Below are positions 1-8,916 of a stretch of DNA of 32,000 bases, piece by piece; positions within the stretch are counted from its first letter, which is position 1, and every line of letters starts with the position of its first letter. Below the pieces are notes generated by a model. It was not told where the DNA came from. It made no database searches and was given only the letters and a program-made list of their open reading frames with translations. Source of the stretch: Erysipelothrix larvae (GTDB lineage Bacteria > Bacillota_I > Bacilli_A > Erysipelotrichales > Erysipelotrichaceae); contig NZ_CP013213.1 of assembly GCF_001545095.1 (NCBI RefSeq), positions 2,340,001 to 2,372,000 on the forward strand, given 5' to 3'. Made by a program: the position numbers and the translations under genes.

Positions 1-1
1 G

Positions 2-751
2 ATTGCGTATAGTACAACATATCGTGATAACGCAAGTCTTGAAAAGGGTTCTGAACGTGTGGTTCAAACGGGTGTTAATGGCGTTCGCACTATTGTAACC
101 CGAGTAACGTATGCGGGTACTGTAGAGACAAAGAAAGAGGTTATTTCTAGCAAGGTAACTCAAGAGGCTGTCAATCAGATAGTTGAACGCGGTACTAAGG
201 TTGCAGCTACACCTGCACCAACTCCTGCTCCGGCACCACTGGTTACAACCAAAGATTTAACAACAACGGAGGAGGTTGCGTTTACTACGGAGTATCGCGA
301 TAATGCAAACTTAGCTAAGGGTGTTGAGAATGTTATTCAAAACGGATCGAATGGTACGCGTACAATTGTGACTCGAGTGACGTATACAGATGGTAAAGAG
401 ACGGGACGTTCTGTGGTATCGAATACTGTAACTGCAAACCCTGTTAATAAGATAATCGAACGTGGTACAAAGGTTGAGGTTACGTATTCCACAACTTGGT
501 ATAACACTGAGTGGCGAATTTATGCTATAGAAGCGAAGGCACAGATGATGGCTGATGCAGATGCATACATGAGAGCAAATAATTATGCCAACTATTTATG
601 GGTATCTGATACGGTTGAGGGTTCAGATGGAAGTACTATTTCGGTATACAGTGTGACGTTTTTGGATAGAGATGGTAATGGGGTAACTTTCTCTAACAGT
701 TCAGTGAAAGTTCAAGTAGTTAAGTCCGGAAATCAGTGGGTTAGAAAGTAA
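2..751 (+). CDS. 3' part of a secreted/surface protein gene with two G5 domains, a Pro-rich linker and an unassigned ~90-aa C-terminal domain (5' end outside the window)
   Basis: The frame is open from position 2; the GTG at 59 is internal. There are two ~68-aa repeats (IAYSTTYRDNASLEKGSERVVQTGVNGVRTIVTRVTY..VNQIVERGTKV and VAFTTEYRDNANLAKGVENVIQNGSNGTRTIVTRVTY..VNKIIERGTKV) that match the G5 domain pattern. The linker is AATPAPTPAPAP. No LPXTG motif lies before the stop at 749-751. Confidence 0.75.
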   Translation: MAYSTTYRDNASLEKGSERVVQTGVNGVRTIVTRVTYAGTVETKKEVISSKVTQEAVNQIVERGTKVAATPAPTPAPAPLVTTKDLTTTEEVAFTTEYRDNANLAKGVENVIQNGSNGTRTIVTRVTYTDGKETGRSVVSNTVTANPVNKIIERGTKVEVTYSTTWYNTEWRIYAIEAKAQMMADADAYMRANNYANYLWVSDTVEGSDGSTISVYSVTFLDRDGNGVTFSNSSVKVQVVKSGNQWVRK

Positions 752-856
752 CAAAGGTGTGTTTTAATATGAACCCATTATCAAGTACAATGTAAAAAAT
801 TAGATAACCTTTATCACTTAATATTCTCTATACTCCAAGCAGGATGTACTTTGTTT

Positions 857-1087
857 TCAATTTGAAATGGATTCTAAATCATTCTTAATTTGAACTGGAG
901 TATGATTTGGATTGCCAGTTTCTGCTAGATCCCGATGTTGTTTCCAAGCAAGTCTTTTAGTTTGGGATTCTAGAGCATTATCCCAACAATTACCTCTTCT
1001 TAACATCGCTTGCCAAATTTTAGATTTTTCAATAAGTGTCAGGAGATTTTTACTTGTATAGTGTATACCTTGATCAGAATGGATCAA
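857..1087 (-). pseudogene. IS3-family transposase OrfB (DDE/rve) C-terminal fragment
   Basis: IHSDQGIHYTS and RRGNCWDNA are the conserved rve-domain motifs of IS3-family OrfB. The N-terminal ~200 aa are missing and the sequence after CWDNA is shortened. Confidence 0.7.
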
Positions 1088-1160
1088 GGTTTTTTACTTC
1101 CTAGAAATCTTATGATTTGAAAGTGAATCATTTACTGTTTCAAACACATGATCTATCTCT

Positions 1161-1487
1161 TTATGCCATAGTATACATAAGTAATATCGGTAAACAATAC
1201 TCGCCACTTCCAACTGTGTCAAATTTTCGATTGAGGATATTTGACATCACTGTATGCTCATTCTTTGCCTGAGCCATACGTCGATAAGGATTCGTTTTTG
1301 CTTTTATCACATTAATATCAATACCCGCTTCATACTGGGCATAGAAACGCTCTTTAAAATCCTCAGAGTATGTAATTGGATTCTCCCATACATCTTTGAC
1401 ATTTGGATTTTCAAGTAGATATGTAATTTGTGTTTGCGTGAATTTTGCTTTTCTCTTATGATGCTTCTATTTCATTTTATTATCCAT
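1161..1487 (-). pseudogene. IS3/IS150-like OrfA (HTH) with an in-frame TAG, fused by deletion to the start of orfB
   Basis: Manual translation gives MDNKMK*KHHKRKAKFTQTQITYLLENPNVKDVWENPITYSEDFKERFYAQYEAG...NILNRKFDT. This resembles the IS150-group OrfA (KRKFT.EQI..L..NPYV..V....ITYT.EFK) and the LNR.F start of OrfB. The TAG lies at 1469-1467. Confidence 0.55.
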
Positions 1488-1489
1488 CA

Positions 1490-1539
1490 AAAAAACCCTA
1501 TAAAATAGAATCATGTTTTTACATGTCTATTCTATAGGG
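1490..1539 (-). terminator. Intrinsic terminator downstream of tkt
   Basis: A 14-bp stem with one mismatch (1496-1509 / 1526-1539) is followed on the minus strand by a T6 run (A-run 1490-1495 on plus). Confidence 0.6.
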
Positions 1540-1572
1540 TCTGTTTTAAAGATACACCACTTTTTTATTTTG

Positions 1573-3552
1573 CTATAAAATCTCTTTAACCGTCTTCACA
1601 ACATTTTCTACTGTGAATCCAAATTCTTTAAAGAGAACATCACCCTTGCCAGAAGCGCCAAATGTGTCGATTGTGACAGCTTTACCATCAAATCCAATAT
1701 AGCGTTCCCATCCAAATGAAGATGCAGCCTCGATTGCTACACGGCTTCTTACAGCGCGTGGCAATACAGACTCTTTGTATTCGCACGATTGTTTCTCAAA
1801 GAGTTCGAATGAAGGCATACTTACAACACGTACCCCAACACCTTCTTCTTCAAGTGCTTGAGCTGAATCCAGCGCAAGTGAAACTTCTGATCCAGTTGCG
1901 ATTAAGATTACATCAACCTTGTTTGCATCTTTCAGAACATATGCACCTTTAAGAGCATCAGGTCCTGTACCTTCAAGTTGCGGTAAGTTTTGACGTGATA
2001 ATACAAGTCCTACTGGAGCATCTTTCGATGTCATTGCTGCAGTCCAACCTGCCATTGTTTCACGTGCATCCGCTGGTCTGAATGTGATGAAGTTTGGTTG
2101 TGCACGAAGCATTGCAAGTTGTTCGATTGGTTCGTGTGTTGGACCATCTTCACCCACACCAATACTGTCGTGTGTTAATACATACGTCAATGGAACGTGC
2201 ATAATAGAAGAAAGACGTGCCATTGGTTTGAGGAAGTCTGCAAACACAAAGAAGGTCGCTACATATGATTTCAATCCACCATATAATACGATTCCATTCC
2301 CCATTGCTGCCATTGCATGTTCACGTACACCAAAGTGTAAGTTTCTACCCGCATAGTTTTCAGGTTGGAATGATGCTTCTTCACCCATTGCAGTCATGTT
2401 TGATTTCGCTAAGTCAGCAGATCCTCCAAAGAGATTTGAGTATTTCTTGCTGAGTCGGTTAATAATGTCTCCTGAAACATTACGAGTTGCTTGTGCTTTA
2501 TCACCAAAGTCCCACAATGCTTCATCATTAATAAATTCTTCAACTGTTAATTCACGGTTGTCTTCAGCCCATTGTTTCGCAAGTTCTGGGTAAGCTTTTT
2601 CATAGCTTGCAAATAACTCAGCCCATGTGTTATACGCTTGTGCACCTTTATCTTGTAAGGTTTTTGCATAGTCGTATACTTCAGGTGCTACATAGAATGG
2701 ATCCATGCTTGGATAGCCGATTGTTTCTTTCAACAATCTTACATTGTCTTCACCCAATGGTGAACCGTGTGTTTTTTCAGATCCTTCAAGCGCACTGAAT
2801 GCTCCGATACGTGTTTTAATTTCAATGAATGATGGTTTATCAAGGTTTGATTTTGCTTTTTCAATTGCTGCATTAATAGCATCAATGTCATTACCATCTT
2901 CCACTAAGAATGTTTCAAAGCCATATGCTTCATAACGTGCACGTACGTTTTCTCTAAATGCTAAATCTGTGTTTCCTTCAATTGTGATGTTGTTTGAATC
3001 GTATAGGACGATAAGACGCCCGAGTGCTAAAGAACCTGCAAGTGAAGATGCTTCGCTTGTAATTCCTTCCATCATACATCCATCGCCACCTAATACATAG
3101 GTGAAGTTGTCAAACACTGGATATCCTTCGCGGTTATATTTCGCTGCAAGGTGTGCTTGAGCCATTGCCATACCAACTGCTGTTGATAGACCTGCTCCAA
3201 GGGGTCCAGTAGTTGCTTCGATTCCTTCTGCATGACCATATTCTGGGTGCCCTGCAGTTTTTGAACCGAATTGTCTGAATTGTTTTAAATCATCCTGTGT
3301 TACATCATAACCAAATAGATGCAACAGTGAGTAAAGCAATGCTGATGCATGCCCTGCTGACAATACAAAACGATCACGATTAATCCATTTTGAATGTTTC
3401 GCATCTTGTCTTATATGATTTGCCCATAATGTGACAGCAGTTGGTGCTGCACCCAATGGCATTCCAGGGTGACCTGAGTTGGCTTTTTGTACTTGGTCTA
3501 CTGATAATACACGCACTGTATCAATAAATTTTTGTTCAATCTTTTTATCCAT
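1573..3552 (-). CDS. tkt: Transketolase
   Basis: 659 aa over the full length. Motifs include SGHPGMPLGAAP, the GDGCMMEG ThDP/Mg motif and the C-terminal transketolase domain. Confidence 0.95.
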   Translation of the reverse strand: MDKKIEQKFIDTVRVLSVDQVQKANSGHPGMPLGAAPTAVTLWANHIRQDAKHSKWINRDRFVLSAGHASALLYSLLHLFGYDVTQDDLKQFRQFGSKTAGHPEYGHAEGIEATTGPLGAGLSTAVGMAMAQAHLAAKYNREGYPVFDNFTYVLGGDGCMMEGITSEASSLAGSLALGRLIVLYDSNNITIEGNTDLAFRENVRARYEAYGFETFLVEDGNDIDAINAAIEKAKSNLDKPSFIEIKTRIGAFSALEGSEKTHGSPLGEDNVRLLKETIGYPSMDPFYVAPEVYDYAKTLQDKGAQAYNTWAELFASYEKAYPELAKQWAEDNRELTVEEFINDEALWDFGDKAQATRNVSGDIINRLSKKYSNLFGGSADLAKSNMTAMGEEASFQPENYAGRNLHFGVREHAMAAMGNGIVLYGGLKSYVATFFVFADFLKPMARLSSIMHVPLTYVLTHDSIGVGEDGPTHEPIEQLAMLRAQPNFITFRPADARETMAGWTAAMTSKDAPVGLVLSRQNLPQLEGTGPDALKGAYVLKDANKVDVILIATGSEVSLALDSAQALEEEGVGVRVVSMPSFELFEKQSCEYKESVLPRAVRSRVAIEAASSFGWERYIGFDGKAVTIDTFGASGKGDVLFKEFGFTVENVVKTVKEIL

Positions 3553-3642
3553 ACTTACCTCTTTTCTCTTTATATACTATACCATAAACTAAATCATGTT
3601 TTCACGACCCTTTTATGGTCATTGTTCACTTTAAACGTTAAT

Positions 3643-5307
3643 TTACGCTACTAAATCAATATGTTGTTGCATTGCATTGGATAACCGTTCGAACATTTCT
3701 TGAGCATCCTTCAATGTCGCGCCTGAAGCACAGTAGTAAAATTTACATTTTGGTTCAGTTCCTGAAGGTCTAATTGCAATCCATGAACCATTTTCTAGAT
3801 GGTATTTTATAACATTCGATTGTGGGAATTCAGGCATTGATCCATCAAGGAAATCATCCACTTTAACAATCTCAATTCCATCAATTTCTTTAATATCACT
3901 GGTTCTAAAATAATCCAGTAAGCGTGAGATTCGACTTAACCCTTCAGCACCTGATAGTGTTAAAGCAATCTGATTGTCAGCGTATGCTCCGTGTGTCTCA
4001 TACAGTGACTCTAACACATCAACAAGTGTCATCCCTTGATTGTGATAGTAGTTTGCGGATTCCACAACCATAACACATGCTTGAAGTGCATCTTTATCTC
4101 GCACAAAGTCAGCAAGAAGATAGCCATAGCTTTCTTCATAACCAAACACAAAGGTTTTATCTTTCACGGTATTATGATGTTCAATTTTCTCACCAATATA
4201 CTTAAATCCTGTGAGTGTCTTTTCTACGGATACATCATAAGACTTCGCAATTTTTTCACCCAAATCAGAGGTTACAACTGTATTGAACATCACTGGATTA
4301 GCAGGCATTGTATTCAAATCGCGATGTGTACTGTAAATATATTCTTGTAAAACAGCGCCACCTTGGTTTCCAGTTAAGTATTCATAAGTTCCATTATGCT
4401 TAACACAAATTCCCATGCGGTCTGCATCTGGATCACATACTAACACTAAATCTGCGTCAACCTTACGTGCATATTCAAGCGGTAATTCATAAGAACGCTT
4501 ATCTTCAGGGTTTGGTGATTTAGTATTTGTAAAGTCAGGATCATATTGTTTTTGTTCTTCAACAACTACAACATCATAGCCAAGTTCCTTCAATATATCA
4601 GGTACAAGTGGATAAGACGTTCCATGTTGTGATGAAAAGACAACTTTTAAATCTTTTACAGTTTCATTTCTTAATGCAATTGACTTAATCTTATCAAGAT
4701 ACTGTACATCAAAGGCTTCATCAAGGCCATGTACTAAGGAGTCATCATAGTGTTCAAGGTCTACTTTTGTTTCATCACCAACAGCATTGACACATTCAAT
4801 AACTCGTGCGATTTTTTGGTCTACCAATTGGCATCCTGTTTCATCATACACTTTATATCCGTTGTATTCCTTTGGATTATGACTTGCAGTCACAACAATA
4901 CCACCAACACAGCCAAGTTCTCTTACCGCAAAGGATAATTCTGGCGTTGGCCGTGGTTTTTCAAACACATAGGATTCTATACCGTATGTTGATAAAATCC
5001 GTGCACTCACTTGTGCAAATTCACGTGATTGATGTCTATTATCATACGCAATCGCAACCTTTAGTGTCTCAACTTCACCTTTAAAGGTTTCAACTAAATA
5101 TTGCCCGAACCCCACATTCGCTTTCGCAACAGTATAAACATTCATACGGTTTGGTCCAATTCCCAAAAGACCTCTCATCCCCGCAGTTCCAAATTCTAAA
5201 GTTTTGTAAAACGCATCATAGCGTTCTTCTTCACTCATTAAATCGTAAGCTTGTTTAACCCACGCTACCTTCTCCCCAAGATTTTTCCATAATTGTAATG
5301 ATTCCAT
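3643..5307 (-). CDS. pgcA: Phosphoglucomutase / phosphomannomutase (alpha-D-phosphohexomutase family)
   Basis: Motifs are FGTAGMRG, the phosphoserine loop TASHNPKEYNGYK and the Mg site DPDADR. I place the start at the ATG at 5307 (MESLQLW), which has AAAGGGG 7 nt upstream. The track start at 5313 is a TTG. Confidence 0.9.
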   Translation of the reverse strand: MESLQLWKNLGEKVAWVKQAYDLMSEEERYDAFYKTLEFGTAGMRGLLGIGPNRMNVYTVAKANVGFGQYLVETFKGEVETLKVAIAYDNRHQSREFAQVSARILSTYGIESYVFEKPRPTPELSFAVRELGCVGGIVVTASHNPKEYNGYKVYDETGCQLVDQKIARVIECVNAVGDETKVDLEHYDDSLVHGLDEAFDVQYLDKIKSIALRNETVKDLKVVFSSQHGTSYPLVPDILKELGYDVVVVEEQKQYDPDFTNTKSPNPEDKRSYELPLEYARKVDADLVLVCDPDADRMGICVKHNGTYEYLTGNQGGAVLQEYIYSTHRDLNTMPANPVMFNTVVTSDLGEKIAKSYDVSVEKTLTGFKYIGEKIEHHNTVKDKTFVFGYEESYGYLLADFVRDKDALQACVMVVESANYYHNQGMTLVDVLESLYETHGAYADNQIALTLSGAEGLSRISRLLDYFRTSDIKEIDGIEIVKVDDFLDGSMPEFPQSNVIKYHLENGSWIAIRPSGTEPKCKFYYCASGATLKDAQEMFERLSNAMQQHIDLVA

Positions 5308-5331
5308 ACGCAACCCCTTTCATCTAGACAT

Positions 5332-5362
5332 AAAAAAATAGAAGATCTACATCTTCTATTTT
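5332..5362 (-). terminator. Intrinsic terminator downstream of ptsH (bidirectional shape)
   Basis: A 9-bp stem ATAGAAGAT/ATCTTCTAT (5338-5346 / 5351-5359) has a 4-nt loop and A/T runs on both sides. Confidence 0.65.
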
Positions 5363-5377
5363 AGAGTAATTCAAGAA

Positions 5378-5644
5378 TTATGCAATTACTTTTTGAGTCT
5401 TTAGGACTTCTTCAATTGTTTGTACAGCAGCTTCAGCATCTTCACCTTCAGCAGAAATCGTAATTTCTGATTGAGTTGGGATACCAAGTGACATAACACC
5501 CATGATGGATTTCATGTTCACTGAACGCCCTTTGTATGACAATTTAATTTCACTCTTAAATTTGCTCGCTGCATTTACAGCTACAGTAGCTGGACGTGCG
5601 TGTAATCCTACTGGATCAACAACTAATGCGTTAAATTCTTTCAT
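5378..5644 (-). CDS. ptsH: Phosphocarrier protein HPr
   Basis: 88 aa. The His15 site is GLHARPA and the Ser46 site is KSIMGVMSLG. Confidence 0.95.
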   Translation of the reverse strand: MKEFNALVVDPVGLHARPATVAVNAASKFKSEIKLSYKGRSVNMKSIMGVMSLGIPTQSEITISAEGEDAEAAVQTIEEVLKTQKVIA

Positions 5645-5784
5645 TCATTTACCTCCTATAGATAATCATATATATTTTACCTTAAATTCACCAACAAAAC
5701 AACCAAAAACGCTTACACTGTTTAATTGTTGTATAAAATTTTACCGAAAATTTGCACATTTACCCATCTCATCATTAATGAATT

Positions 5785-6408
5785 TTATTGCTTTCGCACA
5801 AAACATCTCAAAACGGTCTTTAGTTTTTCAGGTGCAACTTTTCTGAAATCGGAAATATAAATTTCTTTATGCATCTTTGTTGTCCGTTCTAAACCATTTT
5901 CAGCCATATATTGCGCCATGATTTCAAAACTTTGAGGCTCATCATCATACGATCCCAGGTGCATCATCTGAACACATAACCCATCTTCAATTTCTTCAAA
6001 TTTCACATCATCAAACAGTGGGTTATCATTTTTAGATTTTGCTTTCAGTAATGCACTTTGAAATACTTCATGTGTTACAAAGTCTGGTTGACGAATCATG
6101 ATTGTATACATCAGTTCATTTTTATCCAGATGATCCATTTCAATCCCTTTTTCAGTGAGGCTCCACACCCCTTCTAAAGGATACACTGTGTACTCAAAGT
6201 ACCCTTCTGGTGTAACACCACTTTTTGGCATCATGCGAATTGCATAAGCAATTGGATATAACGCTTCTATATGTTTTTGAAATCCAGGATCATTTGGATT
6301 CCCTTGTCCTGAGATTGTTAGATACTTCATCTTTGGAACTTCAATTAATTCCGGTTTTTGCTTTGGAAGGTATATTGATTTCTCTTCTTTACGCCACTCA
6401 TGTTTCAT
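5785..6408 (-). CDS. GyrI-like small-molecule-binding domain protein
   Basis: 207 aa. The N-terminal pattern EWRKEEKSIYLPKQKPELIEVPKMKYLTISGQGNPN matches my recollection of the GyrI-like / SOUL-like family. No search was run. Confidence 0.55.
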   Translation of the reverse strand: MKHEWRKEEKSIYLPKQKPELIEVPKMKYLTISGQGNPNDPGFQKHIEALYPIAYAIRMMPKSGVTPEGYFEYTVYPLEGVWSLTEKGIEMDHLDKNELMYTIMIRQPDFVTHEVFQSALLKAKSKNDNPLFDDVKFEEIEDGLCVQMMHLGSYDDEPQSFEIMAQYMAENGLERTTKMHKEIYISDFRKVAPEKLKTVLRCFVRKQ

Positions 6409-6502
6409 CTGTGTATGCTCCCTTTTGTGAACCTCATTTTATCTGTCATCATTATACCATGTCCATGGATTACATAAACACTCTTTATAAAAACATGTAG
6501 AA

Positions 6503-6527
6503 AAGGTGTCAGAGATTCCAACACCTT
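6503..6527 (-). terminator. Putative terminator downstream of rlmH
   Basis: The stem AAGGTGT/ACACCTT has an 11-nt loop. The minus strand continues TTTTCTACATGTTTTT. Confidence 0.45.
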
Positions 6528-6549
6528 GAGTTTTGATATATTTATCCGC

Positions 6550-7011
6550 TTATTTATGATACGGATGATTTTTAAGAATCATGAATGAACGATAAATTTG
6601 TTCCATGAGGATTACACGAACAAGTTGATGGGGAAAGGTTAAATCTGATAATCTCCATCGAAAATCTGCTCGGTTTCTGATTGTTTGATCAACACCATGA
6701 GAGCCACCGATAACAAAGGTTAGGTTTTTATGTGTTTCAAGACCTTTTTCACACAAGGATGCGAGTCCATGTGAATCCAGCATTTTCCCTTGAAGGTCCA
6801 ATAAGACTACATAATCGCGTTCATCAATTTTCGATAAAATCCGCGCGCTCTCATCTTTAATTATGCCTTCTGATTCACTGTCCTTCAACACTGAATTAGG
6901 GAGTTCTACAACCTCCACCTTTTGAATTGGTGTGATTCTTTTTTGGTATTCCTCAATCAACGAAAGCATTGCTTTCTCTTTTATGCGTCCAATACATACG
7001 ATTCTTATCAT
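6550..7011 (-). CDS. rlmH: 23S rRNA (pseudouridine1915-N3)-methyltransferase (SPOUT)
   Basis: 153 aa. It has GGSHG and a conserved C-terminal knot region. It overlaps the htrA stop by 4 nt. Confidence 0.9.
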   Translation of the reverse strand: MIRIVCIGRIKEKAMLSLIEEYQKRITPIQKVEVVELPNSVLKDSESEGIIKDESARILSKIDERDYVVLLDLQGKMLDSHGLASLCEKGLETHKNLTFVIGGSHGVDQTIRNRADFRWRLSDLTFPHQLVRVILMEQIYRSFMILKNHPYHK

Positions 7012-8093
7012 TTAAGCACAACCTCGATTTCCTGTGATGCACCATCCCTGGTCACAGTAATCTTAACATGGTCGCCCACTGATTTCGAGTATAAGATGCG
7101 TCTAAAGTCTTTGAAACTTGTAACTTCGACGCCATCAATTGAAGTAATGATGTCGTATTGCTTAACCCCAGCTTCATCTGCCGGTCCACCTTTAGTTACT
7201 TCAACAATAAATACGCCTTTGTCATCTTGTTTTAGTCCATAGTATTGGAGATTGAATGAATTCAAATCACTGATTGATACACCCGAAATTCCGATGATTG
7301 GGTACGTTACTTTTCCATTTTCTTCAAGTTGTGTCACAATCGGAATGACTTCGTTGATTGGAATCGAGAAGCCCATACCTTCAACATTATCAGAACTGAT
7401 CTTCATTGAATTAATGCCGATAAGCTCCCCTTGCATGTTCACTAAAGCACCACCGCTATTTCCTGGGTTAATTGCTGCATCTGTTTGCAAAACAACCATA
7501 TCCCAATCCGCAACACCATCGCCATTGAGGTCTACGGAAACAACCCTGTCTTTACCTGATATAATTCCGAAGGTTGTTGAATTAGAGAACTCTACACCCA
7601 ATGGGCTACCAATGGCAATGACAAATTCTCCGACATTAAGCAGTGACGAATCCCCTAATTTGAACGGTTCAATGTCATAATCCTTTTTTACAGTGAGTAA
7701 TGCAATGTCTGAGTATTCATCAGATCCCACAAGCTCTGCGGTTTCTTCTTGTCCATTTGAGAAGCGGACACTGTACTCATTGCCACTGTCTATTACGTGA
7801 TGATTTGTGATGATTGATATCACACCATTCTCATTTTTATAAATAACCCCTGATCCACTACCTATTGTAGTCCCGTTGTTTTTATTAATGACACTTACTA
7901 CCTTTGATTCAACCGCTTCGTTCACTTTCGATACATTTGATTCAATGTTCGATACAAAGTTTTGCGTTTCGGTATTTCCCGAACTGTCCGTTGATGTTGT
8001 AGGTTTATTTTCCAAGTTTATTAAAGAATATGTAAGGTAACCGTTCCATACAAAGAGCGCAGCGATCAAGATCCCAATTAATTTCTTTTTCAT
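7008..8093 (-). CDS. htrA: HtrA/DegP-family membrane-anchored serine protease with PDZ domain
   Basis: It has an N-terminal TM segment, the catalytic His (TNHHV), Ser (GNSGGAL) and a C-terminal PDZ. I place the start at the ATG at 8093 (MKKKLIG), which has AGGGAGG 7 nt upstream. The track start at 8114 lacks an SD. Confidence 0.9.
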   Translation of the reverse strand: MKKKLIGILIAALFVWNGYLTYSLINLENKPTTSTDSSGNTETQNFVSNIESNVSKVNEAVESKVVSVINKNNGTTIGSGSGVIYKNENGVISIITNHHVIDSGNEYSVRFSNGQEETAELVGSDEYSDIALLTVKKDYDIEPFKLGDSSLLNVGEFVIAIGSPLGVEFSNSTTFGIISGKDRVVSVDLNGDGVADWDMVVLQTDAAINPGNSGGALVNMQGELIGINSMKISSDNVEGMGFSIPINEVIPIVTQLEENGKVTYPIIGISGVSISDLNSFNLQYYGLKQDDKGVFIVEVTKGGPADEAGVKQYDIITSIDGVEVTSFKDFRRILYSKSVGDHVKITVTRDGASQEIEVVLK

Positions 8094-8192
8094 AAGTACC
8101 TCCCTATGTACCATAACTATAATACAACGATGTGATACAAAAATGTGATGGGCTCAATTTACAAAAAAAGAATGAAATCCAAGCAATATCGC

Positions 8193-8915
8193 TCAAATTC
8201 CACTCTTAATAATTTCAAATTGCTGTGCAACCTTAATCTGAATCTTTTTGTTTTGAATCATGTTTTGAACTGTGTTTCGCGCCAATTCTATTGTATTTGC
8301 CTCTTGACTCAAGTGTGCAAGTACGACCTCTTTTGTACGATTTCCAACAACTTCACTTAAGATTTGTGCTGCATCTTCGTTTGAAAGATGCCCTGTATCC
8401 GATAAAATGCGTTGTTTAACACTGTACGGACGGCGTGTGTTCATTAACATTTGAGGATCATGGTTGCTTTCGAAAATATAATAATCCGCATCTAGAATTA
8501 AAACTTTATCACGTTCACGAACATATCCCGTATCGGTGATGTAGACAAGTTTCTCAAAGGAATCATCAATAATATACCCACATGAGACATCTGCATCATG
8601 AGAGGTTGGGATGGGCGTGATTGAAAGTGACCCTACCGTAAATGGATGGTAGGGGATCACTTGAATGTGTGCATCTGATCGGGGTTCAGGAGTATATATC
8701 TGAACATCTTTGAAGAGTTTCATTTGACTGGTGTGGTCAATATGCTCATGTGTTATTAAGAGCGCATGAGAGTTTTGCACACTCAATCCGAGTTCCTCAA
8801 AGCGTGCTGTAAGATAACGTTTTGTCGTCCCACAATCAATCACGATTTGTTCATAATCTGTTTGAATTACACAGCAGTTTCCTTTGGATCCGCTGGCAAG
8901 TAAGCTAAATTTCAT
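8193..8915 (-). CDS. walJ: Metallo-beta-lactamase fold protein, YycJ/WalJ-like
   Basis: 240 aa with the HEHIDH motif. It sits directly upstream of htrA-rlmH, as with yycJ-yyxA-yydA in Bacillus subtilis. Confidence 0.8.
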   Translation of the reverse strand: MKFSLLASGSKGNCCVIQTDYEQIVIDCGTTKRYLTARFEELGLSVQNSHALLITHEHIDHTSQMKLFKDVQIYTPEPRSDAHIQVIPYHPFTVGSLSITPIPTSHDADVSCGYIIDDSFEKLVYITDTGYVRERDKVLILDADYYIFESNHDPQMLMNTRRPYSVKQRILSDTGHLSNEDAAQILSEVVGNRTKEVVLAHLSQEANTIELARNTVQNMIQNKKIQIKVAQQFEIIKSGI

Positions 8916-8916
8916 A

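Larger units (their letters stand above)
857..1487 (-). mobile_element. Decayed IS3-family (IS150-like) insertion sequence remnant; true ends uncertain
   Basis: It holds an orfA-like frame (1487-1161) and an orfB fragment (1087-857), with stops, frame breaks and internal deletions. A TGTACT at 845-850 could be the terminal TG-end, but I could not find a convincing partner inverted repeat. Confidence 0.65.

Noticed and set aside
1541-1557. A candidate left inverted repeat of the IS relic (AAAGATACA versus the complement of TGTACTTTG at 845-853).
   Set aside because: The match needs an indel and covers only ~8 nt, so it is not distinguishable from chance. The IS boundaries are left open.
1716-5084. 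Many 60-104-aa plus-strand ORFs in the track lie inside tkt and pgm (1716-1952, 2084-2356, 2265-2453, 2396-2593, 2607-2798, 2744-2935, 4036-4350, 4750-4938, 4806-5084).
   Set aside because: All lie antisense within long, well-supported minus-strand genes. They have no SD sequences and their low-complexity composition mirrors the opposite-strand codons. They are typical shadow ORFs.
5704-5720. A cre-like half-site (TGTAAGCG) lies upstream of ptsH.
   Set aside because: Only the left half matches the CcpA cre consensus (WTGNAANCGNWNNCW). The right half (TTTTTGG) does not match.
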